A program made the position numbers and the translations under genes. This document shows positions 61,580-64,000 of a stretch of 64,000 bases of DNA, piece by piece. This stretch comes from Somniosus microcephalus (Eukaryota), in NCBI GenBank assembly GCA_052327205.1, contig CM126204.1, positions 187,922,001-187,986,000 of the forward strand, written 5' to 3'. The notes below the pieces were generated by a model. That model did not search any database, had not been told where the DNA came from, and worked only from the letters and a program-made list of their open reading frames with translations. Numbering within the stretch: position 1 is the first letter of the stretch; every line of letters begins with the position of its first letter.

Positions 61580-63359
61580 TTAACTGCAGCAAATGTGTAG
61601 ATTATTGTTCTTGTAAACATGTTAATGATTACTTAAAATGTTATGTACTAATTATCTAAAAGGGGAGGAATTGTAGTGTATGTACCTTTAAGAGCCCCTG
61701 TGTACTGTAATACCGGTAGTGACCACTCGGGTATATAAGCCTGTATAGCGACTTGTATCTTTTAGTTCACCTCCAGACTTTGTTCAGTAAACACCTGTTA
61801 AACCAACTCCTGCATTCCGTGTCTCCATTAACACACGGATACAAAACTAATGGTTTCCGGAATAAGAGATATCACACAATCCAGAAGTTTACAGACTAGT
61901 GCAATTATTAACTTTATTTACAATTAAACAATAATAGGAAGAATATTTGGAAAACCTGTTGTAAAAATATTTCTCAAGCAGGGAGGGATAATAGTTCTCT
62001 CCTTTGATCTCTTTGAAAGAACTCCATCACCTAAGTTGTCAAACCCAACACTCCTCGGCATAAACTGTCTAGAACCAGAAAATATATTGAGATCTTTCTA
62101 CGCAGGTCAGAAATTACTTAGTTCATTTGGGAGATTGAAAGAACTCCAAAAAGTTAGCTAAAAGGAACAGTGTGCTGTTACTTTCCTCCACTCCTCCAGC
62201 AGCATACTGAACTGTACATGAAGGATGAAGAAATGAGAAAGAGATAGCAGCTAGGAAAGCTGCATTCTATTTGAAAGTTAGGTTTATACATTTGCAGTTC
62301 AACAAGTGAAAGAGGACTTATTAAAGCAAATATGTGGTCATTTAAAAATGTATATAAAACTGGAACTGTGTGTGAATTTTTAAGTTCTTAATAGATCACT
62401 CAACATACAAATCACCAAGCAAAACAAGACAAGTCCTCAACATATAAATTTTAATTTGTAAAATTTGTCAATTAAAAAAAGAATCAATTCAGTTATAAAA
62501 GTTTGAAAAGCAAAAAGGAACAGGAAAAGAAAAAACACTTTTTTCTTGAAAATACCGTCTTAAGCAAATGTACCAAGAGCAAGTTTCAAAGAACTTGATT
62601 TTATGTGGGTTTTCAATTGATGAGGAAATCATACACACACACACACAATCACAAGACTATGGAAAATACAAAAGAAACCGCAGCAACAAGGCAGTGACAG
62701 TATAACTCTGGAGTTGTGTCCAGACCCGACTCAAGAGCGGTGAGAAAATTCCTGGCGGAGACAGCTTCACCCTGCTTACCCAATTGACGATACGTGAAAC
62801 CTAACTCCACCGCACATAACTCCTGCACAGTGCAAACCTTCTGGACACTTCACTAATTGAAGCCAAAATCTTTCAGAAAGAGTTGGAGACAGAAACTGTT
62901 GGAAGTTTACACACAGAAACGGTTTTACAGGGGGGGGGGGGGGGGGGGGGAAAAGAGATCATAAACCTCAACACAAATTATGAAACATTTCCTTTTTTAA
63001 GCTGTTGACAAAATGTGCTGTAAATAAAATAATTACTTCAAGAATTATTTAGATAAATTTATTGGAAAAATAAAATGCCCCTCAATAGATTGTACAAAAT
63101 GACTTGGGAGAAGGCTCGCCGGTTTATACAAGCTCCCGAATCATTTAGGCTCGTTACTTCACCATGAACATGGGCACCATGCAATTCAAATTCACTCTCC
63201 ACACAAAACATTCATTATTACATTTGCAATGCAGTGATCGAGCCAGCCATCAACTTCAATCTCAGGGCAAGCATGCAGTTAAAGCACCGACAGGTAAAGG
63301 TTTCTCCTATGATGTACTTTACAGTGAACAGATTTCACAAGAAACTTTACTGAACGCAA

Positions 63360-63828
63360 CCCATGGCTCAGTGGTAGTGTTCTCACCTGAGTCAGAAGGT
63401 TGTGGGTTCAAACCTCGCTCCAGAGACTTGAGCACAAAATTTAAGCTGGCACTCCAATGCAGTACTGAGGGAGTGCTGTACTGTCGGAGATGCTGTCTTT
63501 CGGATGAGACGTCAAACCGAAACCCCGTCTGATCTCTCAGGGACATCAAAATCGTGCCATGAGATCTTTTAAGAGCAGCAGGAATTCTCCCTGGTGTCCT
63601 GGGGCCAATATTTATCCCTCAACCAACATCACTAAAAACAGATTATCTGGTCATTGCCACAATGCTGTTTGTGGGTGCTGCTGTGCACAAATTGGCTGCC
63701 ATGTTTCCATTACAGTAGTGACTACACTTTTTTTATTTTTTTATTTTTTAAAGTACTTAATTGGCTGCAGACCTCTTTGGGATGAGGTCATGAAAGGCGC
63801 TATATAAATTCAAGTCTTTCTTTTTCTT
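63360..63828 (+). mobile_element. Full-length DeuSINE/SacSINE1-like SINE
   Basis: A box TGGCTCAGTGG, B box GGTTCAAACC, conserved core and TATATAAATTCAAG(TCTT)n tail. Confidence 0.85.
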
Positions 63829-63878
63829 TATTTCACATTTAAAACCCAAACAGATATTGGAGTTGCGTGCTGCATTAC

Positions 63879-64000
63879 CTTGTCTTTCATCTTAGCCTTT
63901 CTTGGCAACGTGGCTGCAGATTCTACTTCTGTGAGAGTGTTTTCGGAAATCTGATCAGCTGCATTTCCATCAGGCGTCTCCTCCGAGGCGGGCTCTAAGG
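63879..64000 (-). CDS. SENP6: SENP6 coding exon (3' part; runs off window end)
   Basis: Minus-strand translation ...ESAATLPRKAKMKDK resembles the recalled vertebrate SENP6 motif TLPRKARMKDQ. Followed by donor GTAATG (63878-63873), phase 0. Confidence 0.85.

Larger units (their letters stand above)
56986..61846 (+). mobile_element. Full-length Ty3/Gypsy LTR retrotransposon (Mag-type)
   Basis: 175-bp LTRs at 56986-57160 and 61672-61846. 5-bp TSD CTAAT. PBS TGGCGACGA (57162). PPT AAAAGGGGAGGAA. Domain order gag-PR-RT-RH-IN. Confidence 0.97.

Noticed and set aside
32552-62950. Long G homopolymers (~32552, 33238, 36966, 62929) as functional G-quadruplexes
   Set aside because: Simple repeats with unreliable length and no further support.
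63360-63430. tRNA genes
   Set aside because: A/B boxes belong to SINE heads and continue into SINE bodies.

Overview
Repeat-dense vertebrate DNA, most likely from a cartilaginous fish (shark-type CR1, L2 and RTE LINEs, Deu-domain tRNA SINEs and many Harbinger MITEs). The host gene is SENP6 (SUMO-specific protease 6) on the minus strand. Eight coding exons with canonical, phase-compatible splice sites lie between 64000 and 32713, and the next expected exon was not found in 1-32712, which contains a 500-N gap. The introns hold a near-complete two-gene Harbinger transposon (5140-9384) and a full-length Mag-type Gypsy LTR retrotransposon with a 5-bp TSD (56986-61846). They also hold non-autonomous Helitrons carrying a promoter-like, intron-containing module in SENP6 sense orientation, and a four-level TE nest. 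The most unusual object is a non-coding 1.95-kb element (47255-49201) with ~490-bp terminal inverted repeats, TGT...ACA ends, a 4-bp TSD and LTR-like internal signals. All calls come from manual reading; no database searches were run.
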